DNA of 64,000 nucleotides. Source: Betaproteobacteria bacterium. GTDB taxonomy: Bacteria > Acidobacteriota > Vicinamibacteria > Vicinamibacterales > CAVVIG01. Shown piece by piece: positions 1 through 8,961 of the stretch; the stretch's first letter is position 1; each line of letters opens with the position of its first letter. The position numbers were made by a program, and so were the translations under genes. Where the stretch lies: the NCBI GenBank assembly GCA_050257855.1, contig JBLMXQ010000093.1, forward strand, positions 4,796 through 68,795, written 5' to 3'. The notes under the pieces were generated by a model. It saw only the letters and a program-made list of their open reading frames with translations, had not been told where the DNA came from and made no database searches.

Positions 1-602
1 TGCGCGTCGAGATCGCCCGGCGAGGTGAACGCGTAGACCTCGCGGCCGTCGTGCACTGCAACCTGCGCGACGATGTGGGCGGCGGCCCCGAAGCCGTAGA
101 TGCCGAGACGGCGGCCCTCGCCTGCCATCCTGTACGAACGATAGCCGATCAGGCCGGCGCACAGGAGCGGCGCCGCGCTCGCGGGGTCGTACCCGCGCGG
201 CAGCGCGAACGCATACCGCGCGTCGGCAACGGCGAACTCGGCGTACCCGCCATCGACGTCGTAACCCGTGAACCGCGCCCGCGGACACAGGTTCTCCCGG
301 CCCCTGCGGCAGTACTCGCAGACGCCGCACGACCAGCCCAGCCACGGCACGCCCACGTTGTCGCCGACCGCGACATCGGCGACGCCGGCGCCGATCTGCT
401 CCACCGATCCGACGATTTCATGGCCGGGAACGATGGGAATCTTCCCGGCCGGGAGCTCGCCGTCGACGACATGGAGGTCGGTCCGGCAGACGCCGCACGC
501 GCGCACGCGGACGAGGACCTGGCCCGCGCCGGGCTCGGGCACGTCGCACTCGATCAGCTCGAGCGCGCCTGCGCCGCGACGGGTCAGCTGCTGCGCTCGC
601 AC
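1..602 (-). CDS. Zn-dependent alcohol dehydrogenase (MDR superfamily), N-terminal ~200 codons; continues beyond the left edge
   Basis: Absent from the ORF track because it is open at the window edge. My minus-strand translation from GTG at 602 reads VRAQQLTRRGAGALELIECDVPEPGAGQVLVRVRACGVCRTDLHVVDGELP..IVPGHEIVG..CGVCEYCRRGRENLC..LLCAGLIGYRS..GIYGFGAAAH. The catalytic-Zn Cys/GHE motif and the structural-Zn Cys cluster are typical of the family. Confidence 0.8.
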   Translation of the reverse strand, partial: MRAQQLTRRGAGALELIECDVPEPGAGQVLVRVRACGVCRTDLHVVDGELPAGKIPIVPGHEIVGSVEQIGAGVADVAVGDNVGVPWLGWSCGVCEYCRRGRENLCPRARFTGYDVDGGYAEFAVADARYAFALPRGYDPASAAPLLCAGLIGYRSYRMAGEGRRLGIYGFGAAAHIVAQVAVHDGREVYAFTSPGDLDA

Positions 603-612
603 TCTGATTACG

Positions 613-1824
613 TCACCTGCCCATGCGCCACGGCGAGAACTCCGGCCAGCTCTTGAGGGCCGCGGTCGCCCAGGCGGTCGTCTTGTCGGTGTGGCACGAC
701 GTGCACGGATTCGGCACCTTCAGGTCGTCGGTCGTCGCCGGGGTGATGAACCGGAACGTGTGGCTGCGCACCATCTGATCGCCGAGCGTCTGCTCGATCT
801 CCGGCATGTGGCAGGCGATGCACTCGCTGCCTGGCGAGCCGGCCTTGTGGTGAGTGTGCTGTTCGATCGTGGACGTATGCGGCCCGTTCGGAGACGCGGG
901 ACCGTGGCACTGCAGGCACAGCGTGCCGGCCGGCCGGCGCAGGTCCGCTTGGTACTGCGTACCGTGCACGTCGTGGCAGGCGAAGCAGGTGACGCCGCGC
1001 TGGTACATGACGCTCGTGACGAAGTCGTTCCCCTGCATCCGGTTCTTGTGGGCGGTCCCGTCGGCGAAGTAGAGGAAGTCGGTCTTGCCGAGGTGCGGGC
1101 GATCGAGCTTCCAGAAGTCGCTCAGCTTCGCGCCGACGCGGAAGCCGACCGGCCAGTCGAAATAGCGACCTTCGATCGGATTCGTCAGCGGCTGCCCCTG
1201 CGAATGGCACTGGATGCAGGTGTCATTGGCGCGCACGACGTCGGCCCGCACGGGGTTGAAGATGTTCTGGGGCGTCGGATGCGTCACGTGCGCGCTGCCC
1301 GGACCGTGGCACCGCTCGCAGCCGACGTTCCACTCGCTGACCTGCTTCGTGCGCACGTCGTAGTTGACCGAGTGGCACCCGTCGCAGGTCGGCCCGGTCG
1401 GCCGCTTCATGTTGTCCGGTGGATAGTATGGCTGCCACCAGTCCGCGCCGGGGGGGACGAAGTACTTCAGCCACTTGCCGTGCGCGACGTCCCATTGCGC
1501 ACCGAGCGGAAAGTAGTCGTCGCCGACCTTCGTGAAGTACCGTTGCTTCCACCGGCTGCCGTACACGAACGCGATGTCGTCCTTCGTGAACGTCACCAGC
1601 GGATTCGGCTTGGAGAGATCCGGGATGATGGCGTCGGGATGCACCTTCGGATCGCGCACCACGTTCGCCATGCGCGTCCGCGACCATCGGAGATAGATCG
1701 ACTCGTGGCACGTCTTGCACGCCGCGGACCCGACGTACCGCGCGTCCGCAGCAGGCGCCTGGGCGCGTGCGGGCAGGGCGAGCGAGATCGACGCGGCGAA
1801 CACCAACAGGGTGATTGATTTCAT
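613..1824 (-). CDS. secreted octahaem c-type cytochrome
   Basis: ORF 613..1860. Eight CXXCH motifs: CKTCH, CDGCH, CERCH, CIQCH, CFACH, CLQCH, CIACH, CTSCH. The Sec signal MKSITLLVFAASISLALPARAQA suggests the real start is ATG 1824 (or 1833) rather than TTG 1860. Confidence 0.85.
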   Translation of the reverse strand: MKSITLLVFAASISLALPARAQAPAADARYVGSAACKTCHESIYLRWSRTRMANVVRDPKVHPDAIIPDLSKPNPLVTFTKDDIAFVYGSRWKQRYFTKVGDDYFPLGAQWDVAHGKWLKYFVPPGADWWQPYYPPDNMKRPTGPTCDGCHSVNYDVRTKQVSEWNVGCERCHGPGSAHVTHPTPQNIFNPVRADVVRANDTCIQCHSQGQPLTNPIEGRYFDWPVGFRVGAKLSDFWKLDRPHLGKTDFLYFADGTAHKNRMQGNDFVTSVMYQRGVTCFACHDVHGTQYQADLRRPAGTLCLQCHGPASPNGPHTSTIEQHTHHKAGSPGSECIACHMPEIEQTLGDQMVRSHTFRFITPATTDDLKVPNPCTSCHTDKTTAWATAALKSWPEFSPWRMGR

Positions 1825-1863
1825 CGGCGCCATGATGCCGGAGCGAATATAAGGGGTCAATAG

Positions 1864-1889
1864 AGGGGACGGTCTGAAGACCGTCCCCT
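1864..1889 (-). terminator. perfect 11-bp GC-rich hairpin (AGGGGACGGTC-tgaa-GACCGTCCCCT) downstream of the TolC gene; no U-tract
   Basis: Read directly from the sequence. It lies in the 50-85 nt gap between the tolC-like stop (1911) and the cytochrome start. Confidence 0.4.
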
Positions 1890-1910
1890 GCGGACGTCAC
1901 CGCCACCGAA

Positions 1911-3209
1911 TCATTGCGGGAACCGGCCGAGCGCGGTCAGCAGCTCGAGCTTCGCCCGGCGCAGCGTGTCCTCCGCGACGGCGACGGCCGTATCCGCGTC
2001 GCGGGCACTGCGTTCGGCGTCGATGACCTCGATGTTCGTGGCGGCGCCCGCGCGGAAGCTGACATTGGTGATCGTCACGACCTGCTGCGCGGCGTCGGCC
2101 GCGTCGCGAGCGGTCGCCAGGCTGCGCTCGGAGCTCGCGACGGCCTCGCGCGCGGAGCGCACTTCGGACGCCGCCTGCGTCGCGGCCCCGGACAGCGCCG
2201 CCCGCGCCTCCTCGAGCGCCGCCTGGCGCTCGACTTTCAGCCCTGCGCGCTGGCCGCTGTCGAACAGCGGGACCGCCGCCTGCAGCATGAACCGCCAGCT
2301 GTTGGCCGGGACGAAGAACTGCGACGGGTGCGTCGTCGACGGCTGGAAGATGGCGCTGAGCGACGGCCAGTAGTCCTTGCGGCTGTCACGGACGACGCGC
2401 TCGGCGGCCTGTGTCCGGGCGGAGAACAGCTTCAGGTCCGTGCGCGACAGGAGCAGGCTGTCGGTCGCCGGGGTCGGCTCGGCCGGGACGTCAAACGACG
2501 GCTCGCCGTCCGCGTCCACGGGTTCGTTCGCGACGACGAGGACGCCGAGCGCTTCCTGCGAGCGATAGAGCGCGAGCCGAGAGGACTCCAGCAGCCCTTC
2601 GTCGGTCGACCACTGCTGGTGAGCGCGGAGCGCGTTCAGACGGCTGCCGCTGCCCTTCTGCTCGAGCTGATCCGCGAGGTCCGCGTGTGCCTTTGCCACG
2701 TCGCGCGCGCGCTGGTTGGCCTCGAGGACGCGGTGCGAGGCGATGACGGTCAGGTACGCGTCGGCGGTCGCGAGCGCGATCTGCCGGCGCGCTTCGGCAA
2801 CGCTCAGCTCCGCGATGTGCTGCTGGTCTCCGGCCTGCGCGCGCTGGGCCCATGCCGCCGCCGCGACCACCGGCATGTCGGCCGTGAGGCTCGCCGTGAT
2901 CGAGTTTCGCGGAGAGACGACGTTGCCGTCGAACGACACACCGCGGTTGAGCGTCGTCGTCGTGACGGTGCCGTTCACCTGCAGAAGCGTCGCCGCGCGC
3001 GCCTGCCGCAGCAGGCTTTCGGCGCGCAGGATGCCGGCCGCCGCGGCGGCCACCGACGGGTTGTTGCGCTCCGCCCGGTCAATCGCCGCCTGGAACGTGA
3101 GCTTCTCGGCCGGCTGCGGCAGCTGCGCGGACGCGGCTGCAGCGCCCAGCACCCAGGCGCCCAGCACCAGGGCGCCCGGGACCAGGGCACCCGGTCTCCG
3201 CCTATTCAT
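1911..3209 (-). CDS. TolC-family outer membrane efflux protein
   Basis: ORF 432 aa with a signal peptide. The N-terminus (LTFQAAIDRAERNNPSVAAAAAGILRAESLLRQARA) and the two-fold repeated coiled architecture are typical of outer membrane factors (OMFs). The start overlaps the RND stop by 8 nt. Confidence 0.85.
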   Translation of the reverse strand: MNRRRPGALVPGALVLGAWVLGAAAASAQLPQPAEKLTFQAAIDRAERNNPSVAAAAAGILRAESLLRQARAATLLQVNGTVTTTTLNRGVSFDGNVVSPRNSITASLTADMPVVAAAAWAQRAQAGDQQHIAELSVAEARRQIALATADAYLTVIASHRVLEANQRARDVAKAHADLADQLEQKGSGSRLNALRAHQQWSTDEGLLESSRLALYRSQEALGVLVVANEPVDADGEPSFDVPAEPTPATDSLLLSRTDLKLFSARTQAAERVVRDSRKDYWPSLSAIFQPSTTHPSQFFVPANSWRFMLQAAVPLFDSGQRAGLKVERQAALEEARAALSGAATQAASEVRSAREAVASSERSLATARDAADAAQQVVTITNVSFRAGAATNIEVIDAERSARDADTAVAVAEDTLRRAKLELLTALGRFPQ

Positions 3210-6200
3210 GGCCCGCCTCTCCGCCGCGGCGGCCGGCGCCTGTCAGGTTCTCGACGACGACGTACAGGACCGGGATGAACGCCAGGTTGAGGAAGGTCGC
3301 CGCAAGCATGCCGCCGACCACCGCCGTGCCGACCGAGTGGCGCGCCTCACGGCCGGCGCCGGTCGCGAACACCAGCGGCATGACGCCGAGGATGAACGCC
3401 AGCGAGGTCATGAGAATCGGCCTGAGCCGGATGCGCGCCGCTTCGACCGCTGCCTCCGCCACGGTCATGCCGCGCGCGCGCAGCTCCTCGGCGAACTGCA
3501 CGATCAGGATTCCGTTCTTCGCCGACAGGCCGATGAGCATCACGAGGCCGATCTGGCAGTAGACGTCATCGACCAGGCCGCGGCCCCACTGGGCGACCAG
3601 CGCGCCGAGCACGGCGAGCGGCACCGACAGGAGGATGATGAACGGGAGCGTCACGCTCTCGTACTGCCCGGCCAGGGTGAGGTAGACGAGCAGCAGACCG
3701 AGGCCGAAGATGACCACCGACTGGCTGCCGGCTTTCAGCTCCTCGAGCGACAGCCCGGACCAGGAGTACGTCATTCCCTGCGGCAGGACCCGGGCCGAGA
3801 GCTGCTGCATGATCTGAATCGCCTGCCCCGAGCTGTAGCCGGGCGCCGCCGATCCGTCGATCTCCGCCGACCGGAACAGGTCGTAGTGCGTGATCGTCTT
3901 GGGCGCGGTTCCTTCGTGAATCGAGACGATGTCGCTCAGGGGCATCATGCTGCCGCTGTTCGTCCGGACGTAATACCGCTCGAGGTCCTCCGGCTTCGAG
4001 CGGAACTGCTGGTCGGCCTGGACGTAGACGCGGTACGACCGGCCGGCGAAGTCGAAGTCGTTCACGTACACGGAGCCGAGGAGCACCTGCATCGTGTCGG
4101 TGACGTCGCCGAGCGAGATGCCGAGGCTCTTGGCCTTCTCGCGATCGATCGTGACGACGAGCTGCGGATCGTTGGCGGTGAACTGCGTGAACAGCCCGGT
4201 GAGCCCGGGCGTCGCGTACGCCTGCCCGATCAGCTGCTGCGCCGCCGCGGCCAGCCCCTCGATGGGCCCGCCCGACTGGTCCTGCAGCTCGTAGGTGAAG
4301 CCGCCGAACTGGCCGAGGCCGTTGATCGACGGCGGCAGGAACGGAATGACCGTCGCGCCGGTCAGCTGGCTGAACGCGCCGAACAGACGTCCGACCACCA
4401 CTTTTGCCGAGTGCTCGTCGCCCTTCCGCTGATCGAAGCCCTTGAGCATGACGAAGATCACGCCGGCGTTCGGCGCCGACCCGCCGAAGCTGAAGCCGCC
4501 GACGGCGAACATGTTCTGCACCTCGGGCGTCTGGCGCAGCACGCCCTCGGCCTGCCTGATCACGCCCATCGTGTAGTCGAGCGACGCGCCGGGCGGGCCC
4601 TGCACGAGGATGAAGATGTAGCCCTGGTCCTCGTCGGGCACGAAGCCGGTCGGCACGCGCGTGTAGACGAAATAGGTGAGGCCGAGCAGCGCGACGAACA
4701 CCAGCGTGACGAGCCAGCGCGCGCGCACCAGCACGCGCAGCGACGAGACGAGCAGGCTGGTGCCCCCGTCGATGACGCGGTTGATCGTGCGGAAGAACAG
4801 GCCGGTCGGCTTCTCCACCTTCGCGAGGAGCAGCGCCGACAGGGCGGGCGTCAGCGTCAGCGCGTTGAACGCCGAGATCAGCATCGACACGGCGATCGTG
4901 AGCGCGAACTGCTGGTACAGCCGCCCGGTCGTTCCGGGAAAGAACGCGACGGGCACGAACACCGCGGTGAGCACGAGCGCCGTCGCAATCACCGCGCTCG
5001 TCACCTCGCTCATCGCCGTGGACGCCGCCACCTGCGCCGGCCGGTGGTACTCGTGGATGTGCCGTTCGATGTTCTCGATGACCACGATCGCGTCGTCGAC
5101 GACGAGGCCGGTGGCCAGCGTGATGCCGAACAGCGTCAGCGTGTTGATCGAGAAGCCGAAGAGCTTCACGAACGCGAACGTTCCGACCAGCGACACCGGG
5201 ATCGTGATCGCCGGAATCAGCGTCGTCCGCCAGTTCTGGAGGAAGAGGAACATGACGAGCACGACGAGGGCGATGGCGATGACGAGCGTCCTCACGACCT
5301 CGCGAATGGAGTCGGACACGACCGTCGTCGTGTCGAACGCGAGATCGGCCCGCATGCCGGGCGGAAAGCGCTGCTTCAGCCGGTCGAGCTCCTCGACGAC
5401 GCCGCGATACACGCTGAGCTGGTTGGCGCTCGGCAGCTGCAGCACGCCGAACCCGACCGCCGGGTGGCCGTTGTACCGGAGGTCGCTCGTGTAGCTCTCG
5501 GCGCCGAGCTCCGTGTGGCCGACGTCGCGCAGCCGCACGAGCGTCCCGTCCGCGGTGCGCTTGACGATGATGTCGTCGAACTCGCCCGGCTCGGTGAGCC
5601 GGCCGAGCGCGCGGACGCTCAGCTGGAACGATTGTCCGGCGCGCGCCGGCGGCTGGCCGATCTGTCCGGCCGCCACCTGCACGTTCTGCTCGCGCAGGGC
5701 GTTGACCACGTCGTCGGCGGTGATGCCGCGGCCGGCCAGCCTGTCGGGATCGAGCCACAGGCGCATCGCGTACTTGCGCTCGCCGAAGATGATGACGTCG
5801 CCGACGCCGGGGACGCGCTTCAGATCGTCCTTGATGAAGCGGTCGATGTAGTTGCTCATGAAGAGCGCGTCGTACTGCCCGTGGTCGGCGTAGATGCCCG
5901 CGCCCAAAACGAAGTTCGTCGAGACCTTGTTCACCGAGATCCCGACCTGCTTGACCTCGTTCGGCAGCCGCCCCTGCACCTGGTTGATCCGGTTCTGCAC
6001 GTCCACGGCGGCGACGTCGATGTTGCGGCTGATGTCGAACGTGACGGTGATGTTCGCCGACCCGTCGTTGCCGCTCGACGAGGTCATGTACATCATCCCC
6101 TCGACGCCGTTGATCGCCTGCTCGAGCGGCGTCGTCACGGAGGTCTCGACCGTCTCGGCGCTCGCGCCGTTGTAGAACGTGGTCACCTGCACGGACGGGG

Positions 6201-6321
6201 GCGCCAGATCGGGGAACTGCGAGACCGGCAGGTTCGGGATGGCGATGACGCCGAGCAGGATGATCACGAGCGAGCAGACGCTCGCCAGGATCGGCCGCTT
6301 GATGAAGGTGTCGACGAACAT
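3202..6321 (-). CDS. RND (AcrB/HAE1-type) efflux transporter
   Basis: ORF 3202..6564 trimmed to ATG 6321. That gives MFVDTFIKRPILASVCSLVIILLG, a canonical RND N-terminus. The start forms an ATGA overlap with the upstream adaptor stop. Product is 1039 aa. Confidence 0.9.
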   Translation of the reverse strand: MFVDTFIKRPILASVCSLVIILLGVIAIPNLPVSQFPDLAPPSVQVTTFYNGASAETVETSVTTPLEQAINGVEGMMYMTSSSGNDGSANITVTFDISRNIDVAAVDVQNRINQVQGRLPNEVKQVGISVNKVSTNFVLGAGIYADHGQYDALFMSNYIDRFIKDDLKRVPGVGDVIIFGERKYAMRLWLDPDRLAGRGITADDVVNALREQNVQVAAGQIGQPPARAGQSFQLSVRALGRLTEPGEFDDIIVKRTADGTLVRLRDVGHTELGAESYTSDLRYNGHPAVGFGVLQLPSANQLSVYRGVVEELDRLKQRFPPGMRADLAFDTTTVVSDSIREVVRTLVIAIALVVLVMFLFLQNWRTTLIPAITIPVSLVGTFAFVKLFGFSINTLTLFGITLATGLVVDDAIVVIENIERHIHEYHRPAQVAASTAMSEVTSAVIATALVLTAVFVPVAFFPGTTGRLYQQFALTIAVSMLISAFNALTLTPALSALLLAKVEKPTGLFFRTINRVIDGGTSLLVSSLRVLVRARWLVTLVFVALLGLTYFVYTRVPTGFVPDEDQGYIFILVQGPPGASLDYTMGVIRQAEGVLRQTPEVQNMFAVGGFSFGGSAPNAGVIFVMLKGFDQRKGDEHSAKVVVGRLFGAFSQLTGATVIPFLPPSINGLGQFGGFTYELQDQSGGPIEGLAAAAQQLIGQAYATPGLTGLFTQFTANDPQLVVTIDREKAKSLGISLGDVTDTMQVLLGSVYVNDFDFAGRSYRVYVQADQQFRSKPEDLERYYVRTNSGSMMPLSDIVSIHEGTAPKTITHYDLFRSAEIDGSAAPGYSSGQAIQIMQQLSARVLPQGMTYSWSGLSLEELKAGSQSVVIFGLGLLLVYLTLAGQYESVTLPFIILLSVPLAVLGALVAQWGRGLVDDVYCQIGLVMLIGLSAKNGILIVQFAEELRARGMTVAEAAVEAARIRLRPILMTSLAFILGVMPLVFATGAGREARHSVGTAVVGGMLAATFLNLAFIPVLYVVVENLTGAGRRGGEAGHE

Positions 6322-7406
6322 CAGCCCTGCGCCTGGATCGGAGCGCCGTCGGTCAGCTTCTGCACGCCGGAGACGACGACCCGATCGCCCGGCTCGATGC
6401 CGCCGGTCACCGTGTAGTCGTTGCCGACGATCGGTCCGACCGTGATCGGACGCTGGCGGGCGACCAGCCTGCCGTTCGCCTGCTCGGCGACGAACGCGAA
6501 GAACTGGCCGTTGACGCGCAGCACCGCCGTCACCGGGATGACGAGCTCGGGCGCCGTCTTCCACACGATCCGCGCCCTGACGAACTGCGAGGCGCGCAGC
6601 GTCCCCGCGGGATTGACGACCAGCCCCTTGACGAGCACGGTCTGCGTCGCGTCGTCCACGCGAGGCGAGATGAAGCTGATCTTCGTCCTGGCGAGCGTGG
6701 CGCTGCCGTCGCCGCTCAGGACATGCAGCGGCAGGCCGAGCGCGAGATCACGCGCACGTTCGAGCGGGACGGAGACGTAGATCTCCAGCGTCTCGTTCTG
6801 GTCGACCGTCGTCAGCACGGTCTGCGACGTCACCTGATTCCCGACGCGCGCGGGGACGTCGCCCACGATGCCGGAGGTCGGCGCGGTCACCGTGTAGTAG
6901 CGCAGCTGCACCTGCTGCTGCCGCAACTGCGCCTGCAGCGACGAGAGATCCGCCTCCGCGGTCCGCAGCGCCGTGTCGGCCTGCTCGGCTTCCTGCTTGC
7001 TGACGGCGCCGGCCGCGTACAGCTCCTTCGCGCGCTGCTGCTGCTGGCGCGCGTACTCGACCGCCGCCTGACTGGCGGCCAGCTCGGCCTGCTGGCTGGA
7101 GACGGCTGCCTCCTGCCGGCGCGGATCGATCTGCACGAGCGGGGCGCCCTGTTTCACGCGATCGCCGGACTTCACGAAAATCTGCGTGATCTGTCCGTCG
7201 ATCTGGGGCTGGATGGCGGTCGAGTGCAGGGACTTGAGCGTGGCAACGTACTCCGACGCGTCCTCGACCGGCTTCGGCTCAGCCGCAACCACCTGCACGG
7301 CGGCCGGCGGAAAACCCTGGCCGCCGGCCGGCCCCGCCTGCTGGCCGCGACCGCACGCGGCCGCAGCGACGAGCGCGGCAATGGCCGCGATCTTCTTCGA
7401 GAACAT
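6321..7406 (-). CDS. RND periplasmic adaptor (membrane fusion protein, HlyD/AcrA family), lipoprotein
   Basis: ORF 361 aa. Lipobox-like N-terminus (MFSKKIAAIAALVAAAACG), a coiled-coil hairpin segment and beta-barrel motifs. It is the first gene of the MFP-RND-TolC operon. Confidence 0.85.
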   Translation of the reverse strand: MFSKKIAAIAALVAAAACGRGQQAGPAGGQGFPPAAVQVVAAEPKPVEDASEYVATLKSLHSTAIQPQIDGQITQIFVKSGDRVKQGAPLVQIDPRRQEAAVSSQQAELAASQAAVEYARQQQQRAKELYAAGAVSKQEAEQADTALRTAEADLSSLQAQLRQQQVQLRYYTVTAPTSGIVGDVPARVGNQVTSQTVLTTVDQNETLEIYVSVPLERARDLALGLPLHVLSGDGSATLARTKISFISPRVDDATQTVLVKGLVVNPAGTLRASQFVRARIVWKTAPELVIPVTAVLRVNGQFFAFVAEQANGRLVARQRPITVGPIVGNDYTVTGGIEPGDRVVVSGVQKLTDGAPIQAQG

Positions 7407-7817
7407 AGGAGATATGACTCAAGGAATGGCGAACGGGTTCCGGGCGAAGCTGCCAGTGTACCACGGCGGTTCGCGCCGAGGCTCGGTCGCGGGCATCGTC
7501 GAGCAGAGCGCCCCCCGGCAGCGCGTCGCACGCGGGTGACGCACCGGGTGGGGCCAGTGCCCCAACCGGCGTGCCGAGCGCACGGCTGGTCGGACGATGC
7601 GGGAACGGTTTCGTCAATTGGCGCCGAGATTTGTAACGGCCCGCCCGCCGGGGGATACGGCCCAGGTTCGGGTTCACGCGCGTTTCCGCCCGTGCCGTAC
7701 GGATCATCTCCGGCATTGTCCTTGCCCGTGCGCTCGCGTCGGCTTGCCTGAACCGTTCTTGCACGCCCAGCGAGAAAAGTCAGGGACGCGGGTCCGGCGC
7801 CCGCGAGGAGGCTCCGC

Positions 7818-8840
7818 GTGTTCTCTGGCCTGTTGTCCGTCTTCTCGAACGACCTAGCCATCGACCTCGGCACCGCGAACACCTGCGTCTTCGCACGCGG
7901 GAAGGGCGTGGTGGTCAACGAGCCCTCCATCGTCGCATTGAACACGGCGAGCGGCCGGATCGAAGCGGTCGGTACCGAGGCGAAGGAGATGCTCGGACGC
8001 ACGCCGGCCAACATCACCGCCATCAAGCCGATGAAGGACGGCGTCATCGCCGACTTCGACGCGGCCGAGAAAATGCTGACGCACTTCATCCGCAAGGCGC
8101 ACCGGCGCAGCGGGGTGATGCGGCCGCGCGTCATCATCGGCGTGCCGTCCGAGATCACGCAGGTCGAGCGCCGCGCCGTCAGGGACAGCGCCATGCGCGC
8201 GAAGGTCAGCGAAGTGCACCTGGTCGAGGAGGCCATGGCGGCGGCGATCGGCGCCGGGATGCCGATCACGGAAGCGGCCGGCAACATGGTGGTCGACATC
8301 GGGGGCGGAACGACCGACATCGCCGTCATCTCGCTCGCCGGGGTCGTCTACGGCAAATCGGTTCGGGTGGCCGGCCATCAGTTCGACGATGCCATCATCC
8401 TGCACGCCCGCAAGGCGCACTCGCTCCTCATCGGCGAGCGCACGGCCGAGCAGATCAAGATGGAGATCGGCTCCGCCTACTGCCTCGACAAGCCAGAGAC
8501 GATCGAGGTCAAGGGGCGTCATCTGAGCGAAGGCCGGCCGGTGACCGTGAAGATGACGGACGAGGAGATCCGCCGGGCGCTCGGCGAGCCGGTCCGCGCG
8601 ATCGTCGAAGCGGTCCACGATGCGCTCGAACGGACGCCGCCGGAGCTGTCGGCCGACATCTACGATCGCGGCATCATCCTGACCGGAGGCGGGGCACTCC
8701 TCAGGGGGCTGGACCGCCACCTCCGCGAGGAGACCGGCCTGCCTGTGCAGCTCGCCGAGGATCCGCTGTCGTCGGTCGTGCTCGGCGCCGGCCAGATGCT
8801 GTCGGATTTCGATCTGCTCAGGAGGATTTCGGTCGACTGA
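7818..8840 (+). CDS. mreB: rod shape-determining actin homologue MreB
   Basis: ORF 340 aa with DLAIDLGTANTCVF, IGVPSEITQVERRAV, MVVDIGGGTTDIAV and ILTGGGALLRGLD. GAGGAGG Shine-Dalgarno sequence upstream of GTG 7818. Confidence 0.95.
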   Translation: MFSGLLSVFSNDLAIDLGTANTCVFARGKGVVVNEPSIVALNTASGRIEAVGTEAKEMLGRTPANITAIKPMKDGVIADFDAAEKMLTHFIRKAHRRSGVMRPRVIIGVPSEITQVERRAVRDSAMRAKVSEVHLVEEAMAAAIGAGMPITEAAGNMVVDIGGGTTDIAVISLAGVVYGKSVRVAGHQFDDAIILHARKAHSLLIGERTAEQIKMEIGSAYCLDKPETIEVKGRHLSEGRPVTVKMTDEEIRRALGEPVRAIVEAVHDALERTPPELSADIYDRGIILTGGGALLRGLDRHLREETGLPVQLAEDPLSSVVLGAGQMLSDFDLLRRISVD

Positions 8841-8921
8841 ACGTCAATGGCAGCCGCGATCATCGGTCGCCGGCTGATTCGATCGGCTATCGCCCCGCTC
8901 TCCAGACTCTCAGCTCCTGAG

Positions 8922-8958
8922 ATTCTCAGATTCTGCAATTCTCAGCCTGTAGAATTGC
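8922..8958 (+). promoter_or_regulatory. AT-rich operator-like element abutting the WYL regulator start
   Basis: Three ATTCT(C/G) half-sites in 8-bp phase at 8922, 8930 and 8938. A perfect inverted repeat GCAATTCT-N8-AGAATTGC spans 8935-8958. It contains TAGAAT (8950-8955) 6 nt before GTG 8962. Confidence 0.45.
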
Positions 8959-8961
8959 CTT

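Noticed and set aside
7665-7681. GGTTCG/GGTTCA words resembling tRNA T-arms, suggesting a tRNA or tRNA remnant.
   Set aside because: No acceptor stem, anticodon arm or D-arm can be built around any copy. The words occur as tandem 9-mers.
7407-7817. The 411-bp gap upstream of mreB as a hiding place for a small gene, riboswitch or sRNA.
   Set aside because: The overlapping track ORFs (7186..7539, 7279..7764, 7597..7857) translate to Arg/Pro/Ala-rich junk. I recognise no riboswitch consensus. Only a partial 9-mer repeat and the mreB Shine-Dalgarno sequence are identifiable.
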